Positions 1 to 8,384 of a DNA stretch of 9,461 nucleotides are shown piece after piece. The notes under the pieces were generated by a model. That model saw nothing but the letters and a program-made list of their open reading frames with translations. It was not told the origin of the DNA and searched no databases. Each line of letters begins with the position of its first letter. Position 1 is the stretch's first letter. The stretch is from Amoeboradix gromovi X-113. Taxonomy: Eukaryota; Fungi; Sanchytriomycota. A program made the position numbers and the translations under genes. The DNA lies in assembly GCA_018985225.1 (NCBI GenBank), contig JADGIF010000388.1, positions 1-9,461 of the forward strand, given 5' to 3'.

Positions 1-3
1 GAA

Positions 4-170
4 TGTATGCTGTACCTGCTAGTTATTTCTTTAGAATTGATTTACCATTTGCGAAAAGGAAGAATATCGAGTGTTTAACGTATTAGAAAAATCTGGAAAA
101 GTCTATGAAATTATGCAAAAATGCATACAAATTCGCGATAAATGATATATTCAAGAAAACAATCGAGCTG
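4..170. repeat. Degenerate dispersed repeat, copy 1 (inverted relative to 1792..1985); may run off the window start
   Basis: 4..35 TGTATGCTGTACCTGCTAGTTATTTCTTTAGA matches the reverse complement of 1954..1985 at 30/32. 131..170 matches the reverse complement of 1792..1831 at 36/40. The sequence between is colinear, with indels. Confidence 0.9.
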
Positions 171-674
171 CTGCTCTTCCAAAACTTGCATTCGCAAAAA
201 TGAGTCATGGATAAGCAGGAGATGGCATCTGATTGGTTTTATGATCGCATCATTTCGCAAAATATCTCCAATGTGCATTCATTGGTACCATGAAGTTAAT
301 TTAAGAGAAACAGCTAATCGGTTGCCATATATGATTTATTTTTTACTTCTAAACTGGATATCTGCTATTGCGTTGCCTGAAAATTCATGCGGATTTGAAC
401 GTGTTTGCATTACTGCAACAGGAATAACATACCCACTATCATCTAGAAATACCTGCGCAGAACAGGATAATATGGGGGTTAGCGCTAGAATTTGTTGATA
501 AGTTTATCAAAGAAAATAAATTGTCCAATATTTTTATTCTGTATTATTAATGTCTCCCAAATAATTTCTTCCTTTGCAAACTGTATTTTACACATGCATC
601 AAAAATCTCATTCGTCTTAAAATTTTACAAAATGCTTTGTAACATCATAAGAAGCTTTAGCCCCAGTTTCAGAT

Positions 675-1297
675 ATGTCTAGTGAATATGATTTGCTTTT
701 TAAACTTTTACTAATCGGTGATAGCGGCGTAGGAAAATCCTGCTTGTTGTTAAGATTTGCTGATGATACCTATACTGATTCATACATCAGTACAATTGGA
801 GTTGATTTTAAAATTAGAACAATTTCTTTGGAAGGTAAAACTATCAAACTGCAGATATGGGATACTGCAGGACAAGAAAGATTTAGAACCATCACTTCGT
901 CATACTACCGCGGTGCTCATGGTATTATGATTGTTTATGATGTTACTGACATGGATTCTTTTAACAACATCAAGGTTTGGCTTCAAGAAATTGATAAATA
1001 CGCAAACGAGCAAGTCATTAAAGTGTTGATCGGTAACAAGAGTGATATGCCTAACAAGGTTGTTACGTCTGACATGGCCCAACAATTAGCCAAGGATTAT
1101 AACATGGAATGGATGGAAACTAGCGCAAAAGATAGCAATAATGTTGAAGATTCCTTCTTGTTAATGGCTAAGCAGATTAAAGATAAAATGGCTAATCAGC
1201 AGCAAACTGTATTTATTAATTAACATAGGATGATAAGAAAAAAGCGATCGACATGAATGCTACCCAGGTTCATCCTAACGGTGGGGGGTGCTGTTAG
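675..1297 (+). CDS. YPT1: Rab1/Ypt1 small GTPase, 200 aa, join(675..1208,1229..1297)
   Basis: N-terminus [28 protein letters not shown], switch [41 protein letters not shown] and ETSAK. Removing 1209..1228 gives the tail [22 protein letters not shown], the typical Rab1 di-cysteine prenylation end. Confidence 0.97.
1209..1228 (+). other. 20-nt spliceosomal intron (phase 0)
   Basis: GTATTTATTAATTAACATAG has a GT donor, a TTAAC branch-point-like motif directly before the AG, and an in-frame TAA. Splicing restores the GGGCC C-terminus. Confidence 0.92.
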
Positions 1298-1335
1298 TAA
1301 ATTTATATTGAAATTGCGAAAACACTTATTTATTT

Positions 1336-1785
1336 TCAAGTTGTAAACATCCTTCTTACTGCATCTCTGGCATAAGGGATGTAACTCAAACTATACCAAG
1401 CCAATGCCAAGTACTGCAATATTACAAACACGATAACCAATGCAACGCTTTTAATGGCGACAGCAAATACAATTGTCATAACTAAACAAACTAAAAATGC
1501 AATAGTTGCGAAGATTCTAGTGGATGCAAACATGCCTTTTAATTGACGCTTAAACCCTATTAAAAAACCCGTAGCGAATAAACTCAGTATATTACCAATA
1601 CTAAATAACACTCCAAACATTGAGAGATTTCCAGTAGAAACCATAAGGGTGCCAATAAATGAAAGAACAAATCCTAGTAGAACACACCCAATAAATGCGT
1701 ACATTCTATTGGTATATGATAGACTAAACATGTTTCCAAGATTGTCTGAATCATTTGAGCCAGCAAGATTCGTAAGAGAATCCAT
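1336..1785 (-). CDS. SFT2: SFT2/Got1-family vesicle transport membrane protein (~149 aa from the ATG at 1785; the ORF is open up to 1857)
   Basis: Family-like motifs LSYTNRMYAF, FGVLFSIGNILSL, GFLIGFKRQLKGMF..TR..AT and Q..AL.WYSLSYIPYARDAV, with four hydrophobic segments. Most of the extra upstream 24 codons (1792..1857) lie inside a repeat, so MDSL.. at 1785 is the preferred start. Confidence 0.9.
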   Translation of the reverse strand: MDSLTNLAGSNDSDNLGNMFSLSYTNRMYAFIGCVLLGFVLSFIGTLMVSTGNLSMFGVLFSIGNILSLFATGFLIGFKRQLKGMFASTRIFATIAFLVCLVMTIVFAVAIKSVALVIVFVILQYLALAWYSLSYIPYARDAVRRMFTT

Positions 1786-1791
1786 CGGTTT

Positions 1792-1985
1792 CAGCCCGAC
1801 TGCTTTCTTGAATAAATCATTTATCGCGAATCTGTATTTATTTGTGTATAGTTGCATGACTTTTCCAAATTTCCAAATAACTTAAATGCTCGATATTTTC
1901 CATTCTGACTAATGGTAAATGGAATTAATGGATGTAATACCAAATATGTTAGATCTAAAGAAATAAGTAACAGGTACAGCATACA
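1792..1985. repeat. Degenerate dispersed repeat, copy 2 (inverted relative to 4..170), with about 27 extra nt near 1927..1953
   Basis: Direct alignment to 4..170 (see copy 1). Confidence 0.9.
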
Positions 1986-1991
1986 AAGACG

Positions 1992-2408
1992 TATGATCTT
2001 CTATACTTGCCATCGTCTAATACTAGTCAAATGATAAGTAGCTTGTCGAGCAAGGTCGCAAGAAACATGGCTACAATGTCCCATTACACATTCAAGCAAC
2101 GCTTGAAGTTCAAGTGTAAGCAAAGAGGAAAGACGATGGTCGAATGCAATGAATCATTTACTAGTCAGACATGTACAATGTGTGGTGCTCTAAAGAAAAC
2201 CAACTTACAAACCTGAGCCTGTACCAGTTGTCATTTGAAGATAGATAGAGACCATATGGCAGCAAGGAGCATATACATCAAGTATCTGCATCCTTGTTCA
2301 ATCCCGTCTCAGGGTAGTGAAAGCGTGAGCAATCGCTGTAACGGAGCATCTAGCATTGCTAGTTTCTTTGTGGAAATTCTCGGTTTTCTCGGAAATCAGG
2401 ACTTTTAA
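1992..2408 (+). pseudogene. 5'-truncated Fanzor2/IS607-TnpB-like RNA-guided nuclease remnant (RuvC-II, zinc finger, RuvC-III) with an in-frame TGA at 2214..2216
   Basis: One frame reads YDLLYLPSSNTSQMI..LSSKVARNMATMSHYTFKQRLKFKC..VECNESFTSQTCTMCG..T*ACTSCHLKIDRDHMAARSIYIK. This fits the SHY.FK.RL / E.(Y/F)TS..C..CG / C..C...DRD.N.ARNI pattern of TnpB/Fanzor. No WED/REC or RuvC-I region is present. Confidence 0.9.
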
Positions 2409-2437
2409 CGAGAAGCCAAGTGTAGAAGGAATAAAAA
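2290..2437 (+). ncRNA. Putative Fanzor omegaRNA scaffold / element right end
   Basis: Lies directly after the DRD motif and overlaps the ORF tail. Hairpins: CCGT..ACGG enclosing AGCG-T-GA-GCAA-TC-GCT (GNRA loop, ~2319..2334), CTAGC-ATT-GCTAG (2350..2362) and GGTTTT-CTCG-GAAATC (2382..2397). The 3' 77 nt are conserved in a second copy. The 5' boundary is approximate. Confidence 0.7.
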
Positions 2438-3115
2438 TAGACAGGAATTTGCAAAAAAGCTGTCAAAACACTTGGAAAAATGAGTTTATCTGATACTTCC
2501 TATTGTACAAGTAGGATGCTATCTGCGGTTCCCCGATTTTTGCTTTATCAAGATGAAGAAGATGGTTTTGCAACATTTCTACAGCAATTTGAAAATTGCT
2601 TTGATTGAAGCCCAGCCATAAGACTACTGCACTGCACACCATGAACCTGTAATGGGAAAGGAATCAAGCTGTTTACACATAACCTAGCAGACAGTTTCAG
2701 CGACGCTTAAGTAGACATTAAGCCCAACCAGCACAGTTATGGGGTTTAAGGCAATAAATAAATCTCGGGGCATTTAATGTCTGCTAAACTGGTGTTTTAC
2801 CATTTAGCGGCAGCTTGTGTTGAAAATCTTGAGATATATATATTTGCACCAAAAAACTAATTAATTTAGAAGATTGTAATATGAATCCATTTATTCTTCC
2901 GTGTGGCTATGGTGTTAGTTACGGCTGCCCATTACTGTGATTTCTTTATAATTTAAATCCCTGTCTATAAGTTGCTTACACCTATAAACATCACAGCTAT
3001 TGATTGGTAAGTAGAAAGAAGGCCACGTGTTTTTACTGTAACTCGGATTTCCAACGATATTAGCCAATGTGAGCTTATCATAATTCCGATTTTTTTAAAA
3101 TTAACAAACAAAAGT

Positions 3116-6100
3116 TTATTTCTTAGTATTCTTTCTAAAGTAGTATTCTAAAATTGTTGCCGTACTCCAAGCTTGCGTTGAGCAGCTATCCTTGCAGTAT
3201 CCCCCGTTCTCATTTGTCAATTCCGGTAGGCCTTTGTATTTATTTTTTTCCAGCTCATCAACGTATGGTTGTATGTCCAAGTCGTCTTTATTTACATTCA
3301 GCAGTGCCATCATGTAGTATCCTTTTAACCAGGTCCATTCAGGCCCATTATGGTAGTTAAATCCATGTCCTACTTCTGCATCTAATGTGCTACTATTATC
3401 GTAGTATCCTCTGTATCTCGCATTACCTGGATTTAGTGTTTTCATCCCCAATGGCCCTTCCAAGATTTTCGCTGTTTTCATAGCCTGATTATAGTGCTTG
3501 AATAACTCTGGTGCCACCGCCAAAGCTATCAAAACATTAGGTCTTATTTCATCATCGCTTTTTCCACCCACAGTGTCTTTATAATACTCCAGAGTACTGT
3601 TATAGTATAAATCGTCAAAGTGCTCTTTAATCAAATTAGACCATTTTATAATCCACTGCAAATCGCTATCTTTTGCATCAACATACCCTTTACTAATATA
3701 GCTCTCGATATTGACCAATACTTTGTATAGCAAACCGTTAATTTCTACTGCTGCTCCATATCGAGGGGTGCTTGGTTTTCCTCTGTTTGTATCAAATGAT
3801 CCCATTTTATCCATCCATGTACCACAATTATCTGCGTTTCCACCGTAAATTAGTCCTGTTTTTACATCTGCTTTTATCTCGATATGAAATCCATTTTTGG
3901 TCATGTGGTCATCCATTGCATTCTCGACAAAGCTGATTCCCTCCCAATGGCTCCGTAACATGGCAAAAACAAGGTCAACTACTGCCATGTCATTTAGGTA
4001 TTTCATCTCTATCTGCTCTCTCAGTATGCTATAATCCCCAGTATGATTAATATAATCTACCAATGCATTTAAATAAAACCACGTGGCATCTCGACTGTTC
4101 CATCTGCTAGGATACAATAGGTTAGGAATCAAGCCAAATTGCATTAGTCCACCTATTTTCATTAACTCCATTCTGGAAATTGATTCAAGACCCATAAAAG
4201 TGTATAAACCACTCAAGCTTATGCAGGAGTCCCTTCCCCAGCTGCGCATGTAACCCACTGTAAAATGAGGAATACCTGCAGCGATACTAGGAGTAGAGTC
4301 AGTTAAGCCGTAGAACTGAACACAAGTCATTGCAATCGACTTTATAAAGCCGTTAGAACCTCTCACCCATGTAGGTCGAGTGCTGATGAACTGGTCGACC
4401 GCAGCATTATATATAGTGGTAAAGAGTTGCATAGCATATTTGGGAATCAGATAGCGCGGCAACTGTACTATGACTTCTATTCTGTTTTGTATAAATCGAA
4501 TAAGCGTTTTAAACTGGTCTAACTCCGTACCAGATACATAAACCGAGCTCTTACTGTAAAATTCAGTCAATACAGTATAGTATCTGTTCAATCTGTCCAA
4601 AAACCAGTCCAAGTACCAGTTACCCTGTCTCCAATTGTTATAAATAGGGAATCCTAAATCAGTGGAATAAACACTCAATAACCCTTGTAACCCACCATAG
4701 CACAAAGTTCCGTAATTGGGAATATCATAAGTAGGTATGTTGTATATCATGTCCTCACTAGGAGTACGATATAGCAAAATGTTTAGAATTATTACGTTCA
4801 TTGGGATATGAGGAGTTTGTAGCTTGGTGGTCAGTTGCTTATACAGTACGGAAGACAGATTGTTTATCTTGTATATTAGAATCCCACCAGTTGGAATATC
4901 GAATGATATAATAGATCCGACTCCGTTTACAATAATATGGGATTCATTCACGCCGTCACTAATCTTTAAATCAGTGTCCACATCATAAATATACGGAGAG
5001 GGCTCAGCTAGAGAGCTAGTAGTCATCGTAGCACACAATAAAGGTTCGATATGATTAGCCTGAATGTTGATTGAATTATTAATGCTTGGAGTGTATCCAG
5101 TGTTTGCAACTAGCAGATAACCAATATGTGTTGCAGGATTCATTCGAGTAATTTGTATAACGCCGTCTTGCTCGTGGACATGTATTTCAGGGTAGTCAAT
5201 CAAAATAGAGTGAAAATGATTTAATTTATGACGAAGGTGAAATAGTCCAATTTTAGACAATTCAGTATAGTCTAGAGGTAGATAAGACTTTGCAGATGTT
5301 ACAATGTTGTAATGGTCAAGTAACACCTCATCATAGCCACGAGATGAGCCAATAGGAGTATTACTAAAGGAAGTTAACGCCAAGTGGCTAATATGTGAGC
5401 TGATGGACTGCTTTTTGACTAAAGGCTGATTGTCATGGGTTATATCATAGAAAACACTGTTACTGAATGAAATAGAATCTATAGAGTCGTCGGCTGGAGG
5501 CAAGTGTCCAAGTGGCATTAGCTGGGAATATTTGTAAATGTAATCGCTCATTTGCACAGAATTAGAGCACTGCATACCCTCTCTAATTAAAGAGTGTATC
5601 CCCAATAGTTTACAATATTTTCTATCCATTTCAAGTGAGTTTGTAAACAGTTCAGCAAAAATATACAGATCAGGATTAATTGATCGTGCTTTGGCTAGCA
5701 AATATTGAGCGACATGAATGGGAGTAGAGTGGCAATTATCTATTCTAAAACCACTAAACAAACCCGCCATTTGAGTTGTATAGGATGACATGTAATCATA
5801 GAGGTAAGTGTTATCATTATAACAAGAACCATAGTTTAATTTAACGCAATCACCCCATACAATGACCTGACGAAGAAAATATGCTTTGTGATTAAACTCC
5901 GCATTTGTAGATCCCCAAACCCAGCCATTTAATAAAACAGGGATTTCCTTAACTAGTGTAAAATATGACTGCATTAGGGGATTGGATTTATTAACAATGC
6001 CTTTTTTTGGACCATTAGGATCTAGTCTTTCATAAAACAAAGTGTTTCTGCAGTTATTAATTATTTCATTTTCATCGCCATCCTCCAAATTTAGATATTT

Positions 6101-6799
6101 TAGTTCAACTCTTAAAAAATCTAATAAAGTACACATAGAGTCACTAGTGATGGTGTTGTTGAATTTATCACTAACTCTCAAAATAGCTAGATCTACTTTA
6201 TATGCATTTTGGAGAATTGGAGTATTAACCAAGGAGTAGCCACAATCTGGAGTGAGCCATTTAGAGTCTGGTGAACAGTGATTCCAAACGACGTCTACGA
6301 AGTACTTAATGGATTGAGGTAGTCTTTGGAAATCTGATTTTGTATATTCATGAAAGGATAAGTGGTCTTTAAGGGAGTAGGGAGAATTGCTAGAACCACG
6401 AAGCTGTGGAGGAGTGAAATGAACAGCAGTAAAGTTGGAATCAATGGCAACTTGCACGATCTGAGAGAGATTGGTACACCATTTGGGGATAATAGTTTGT
6501 ATAGATAGGGAATTGACGTTATATGAAATTGATAAGAACACTACATGTTTTTTCAAAGTAGTGCCTGATCGGGAATAGTTGAAATAGAGAGAGTGATGTC
6601 CAATTGGGATCGAAATGGAAATAGAGTTTGAAGTATCAAGATGAAATGTCTTGCCAATAAATTCTACAGTACCTCGAGTATAAGACATGATGGACACAGC
6701 AGATTCTGATGTTTTAATAAAGTCAGGGCATGTTATCAAGTTGAGAATCATTGAAAATTTAGTGTTTGGAAAATGCGACAAAAGTGTGAAAATATCCAC
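3116..6799 (-). CDS. GDB1: Glycogen debranching enzyme (4-alpha-glucanotransferase / amylo-1,6-glucosidase); first in-frame ATG at 6754 (~1212 aa), start uncertain
   Basis: Transferase motifs DVVWNH, LRQVIVWGDCVKLNYG, GFRIDNCHSTP, AELFT and YDITHDN. Glucosidase motifs AAGIPHF..GYMRSWGRD, NCGTWMDKMG, PRYG.AVEI.GL, NYHNGPEW.W, GLPELTN and SC.TQAWS. The ORF-track start at 6799 is a GTG. Confidence 0.96.
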   Translation of the reverse strand: MDIFTLLSHFPNTKFSMILNLITCPDFIKTSESAVSIMSYTRGTVEFIGKTFHLDTSNSISISIPIGHHSLYFNYSRSGTTLKKHVVFLSISYNVNSLSIQTIIPKWCTNLSQIVQVAIDSNFTAVHFTPPQLRGSSNSPYSLKDHLSFHEYTKSDFQRLPQSIKYFVDVVWNHCSPDSKWLTPDCGYSLVNTPILQNAYKVDLAILRVSDKFNNTITSDSMCTLLDFLRVELKYLNLEDGDENEIINNCRNTLFYERLDPNGPKKGIVNKSNPLMQSYFTLVKEIPVLLNGWVWGSTNAEFNHKAYFLRQVIVWGDCVKLNYGSCYNDNTYLYDYMSSYTTQMAGLFSGFRIDNCHSTPIHVAQYLLAKARSINPDLYIFAELFTNSLEMDRKYCKLLGIHSLIREGMQCSNSVQMSDYIYKYSQLMPLGHLPPADDSIDSISFSNSVFYDITHDNQPLVKKQSISSHISHLALTSFSNTPIGSSRGYDEVLLDHYNIVTSAKSYLPLDYTELSKIGLFHLRHKLNHFHSILIDYPEIHVHEQDGVIQITRMNPATHIGYLLVANTGYTPSINNSINIQANHIEPLLCATMTTSSLAEPSPYIYDVDTDLKISDGVNESHIIVNGVGSIISFDIPTGGILIYKINNLSSVLYKQLTTKLQTPHIPMNVIILNILLYRTPSEDMIYNIPTYDIPNYGTLCYGGLQGLLSVYSTDLGFPIYNNWRQGNWYLDWFLDRLNRYYTVLTEFYSKSSVYVSGTELDQFKTLIRFIQNRIEVIVQLPRYLIPKYAMQLFTTIYNAAVDQFISTRPTWVRGSNGFIKSIAMTCVQFYGLTDSTPSIAAGIPHFTVGYMRSWGRDSCISLSGLYTFMGLESISRMELMKIGGLMQFGLIPNLLYPSRWNSRDATWFYLNALVDYINHTGDYSILREQIEMKYLNDMAVVDLVFAMLRSHWEGISFVENAMDDHMTKNGFHIEIKADVKTGLIYGGNADNCGTWMDKMGSFDTNRGKPSTPRYGAAVEINGLLYKVLVNIESYISKGYVDAKDSDLQWIIKWSNLIKEHFDDLYYNSTLEYYKDTVGGKSDDEIRPNVLIALAVAPELFKHYNQAMKTAKILEGPLGMKTLNPGNARYRGYYDNSSTLDAEVGHGFNYHNGPEWTWLKGYYMMALLNVNKDDLDIQPYVDELEKNKYKGLPELTNENGGYCKDSCSTQAWSTATILEYYFRKNTKK

Positions 6800-7310
6800 A
6801 TTGACTTTAAAATGTAATCCTTGTTAAAATCCTCATTTCCTAGAAAATCAAGAATTATTATAAGAAACTGTCAAAGGCTTTGCAATAATGATAAGAAAGT
6901 ATTTTAAGTTGTTATTTGAGACCAAATTTCTGAAAATTTGCGAACTCCAAGTTGGAGGACTTGTTGGAAAGATGTGTCAATCCCATCACATGATATTAAG
7001 CCTTTCTCAATATGAAAAATGCACTGGCAATATCTCTTTCAAAACAACTTGGCTGATTAGCACTTTGGCATATGTTGCAATACCTCAACCGACGAACACT
7101 TTAATATTCTATCTGATGTCTTTCTTTCGTATCTGATAACATGAAGATGTCAGATTCCTAGTGTGGTTTTTAGGTGTTCCTCCTACCTGGGAATGAGCAC
7201 ATTTTGTCCGAATGGGACCCATAAAGTTCCACATGGGACATCAAATATAAAAACTTTGTGTAACAAGTTGGAACATTATTTCAGCTTTATCAATTTTATG
7301 GATTCAAGAG

Positions 7311-7648
7311 GCGAGTGGACATTCAGCTAGTTGCGGAGTTGCCGAGTATAAAAGGAAAATAAATAACTTTTTGTATCGAATTCCAAAAATAAATATTCTG
7401 TACAGCTATTCTCTTACTCTTTCATTCAGTCATTATTTCAAATAAAATATCACTATTACACTTCAAAGAAATAGATAAGAGTAATGATGTTAGTATAACA
7501 TTACATAATGACTCTAGAAAAGAGTACCGTCTAAGAAAATGCACCTTTTGCTTAGATGCTCAAAGATCTCATATATTTGAACGAGATGCAGGTCTTATAG
7601 TTTTATTTTGAAGAGGGGATTGAAGGTAATGAAAGAAAATTGGTATAA
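7311..7648 (+). pseudogene. Possible highly decayed Fanzor1/TnpB-like C-terminal remnant
   Basis: Colinear peptides across frameshifts: SGHSASCG (7314), YYTSKK (7454..7471), KEYRLRKCTFC (to 7551), HIFERD (to 7587) and GNERK (7625). Recognised by eye only. Confidence 0.4.
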
Positions 7649-8384
7649 TAGAAGATCTTTTATTAATGATAGAATTTCCTGCGTATGGAGCACCTTCTTT
7701 AAAAACGAGTTAGTCTGGTTTTTATATTTGGTGTCCCAATAATAGAAAGGTGATTGGTTAAAGAAACAAGGTCATATGATCACTAAGAATGATCTATTTA
7801 ATTAAAACCGATTACTATAGCATCCTGTTCTTGTGATAAACAATGTGAATTAAGTTTATTGCTTGTACTCTCAAGTGACCAACTATCGGATGGCATCAGT
7901 ATTTTCTTTCTTGAGGCATGCATTAAATTCTTATTAGCGATTTCTTTAGACCTGCGCCCATTTCAATTAATGGAAAGTAAAATTAGAGGTTTTATGACAA
8001 TAGTAATTTATAAATTTGTGTTTAATATCGAAATTACGATGACCAAAAACTCTTACAGAAACAAGTTCACAGACGTGTTTTGCAAAAGAATTATTGGTGC
8101 GATGAAGCCAACAATCGCCATAGATGGTTTAGTAAATTAAATTCGATAGTTGCTTCCACCAGATGGCTTGCAACTCAAATGATAACACTTGAAAGTGGAG
8201 AATATGTGATAATCTCATTAGAACACTAGTGCATGCTGTATGAAAGTAGACTATATAGGGAATCCGCTGTAAACTAGACTAACTTGTTTTAAAGAAGTAC
8301 TCGACGTAGTATCACCCAGAAATTAAGTGAAGTGGTTCTAAATTCAACATTTTGGGATTTGGGGTGTGCATTTGTGATCTGTTA

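Noticed and set aside
142-498. 118-aa ORF
   Set aside because: Starts inside the degenerate repeat and has no recognisable motif; likely spurious or decayed sequence.
675-1223. Rab1 lacking a prenylation motif, as given in the ORF track
   Set aside because: Artefact of the unspliced 20-nt intron; the GGGCC exon follows.
1832-1860. 29-nt GT-AG intron on the minus strand joining the ATG at 1903 to SFT2
   Set aside because: Splicing would be out of frame, and the region is repeat-derived.
2214-2216. TGA read-through or selenocysteine in the Fanzor zinc finger
   Set aside because: The TGA is not at a Cys ligand position, the gene is also 5'-truncated, and TGA is a normal stop in SFT2.
2415-2426. 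CAAGTGTAG resembling the U2 snRNA branch-recognition region
   Set aside because: It lacks the following TATCTG and the U2 5' stem; chance match.
3017-3030. AGAAGGCCACGTGT as a local target of the shared 27-nt tail
   Set aside because: Short, needs a gap plus a mismatch, and is expected by chance.
900-6239. Short ORFs 900..1085, 1649..1885, 3154..3360 and 6042..6239
   Set aside because: Antisense shadows of well-supported genes.
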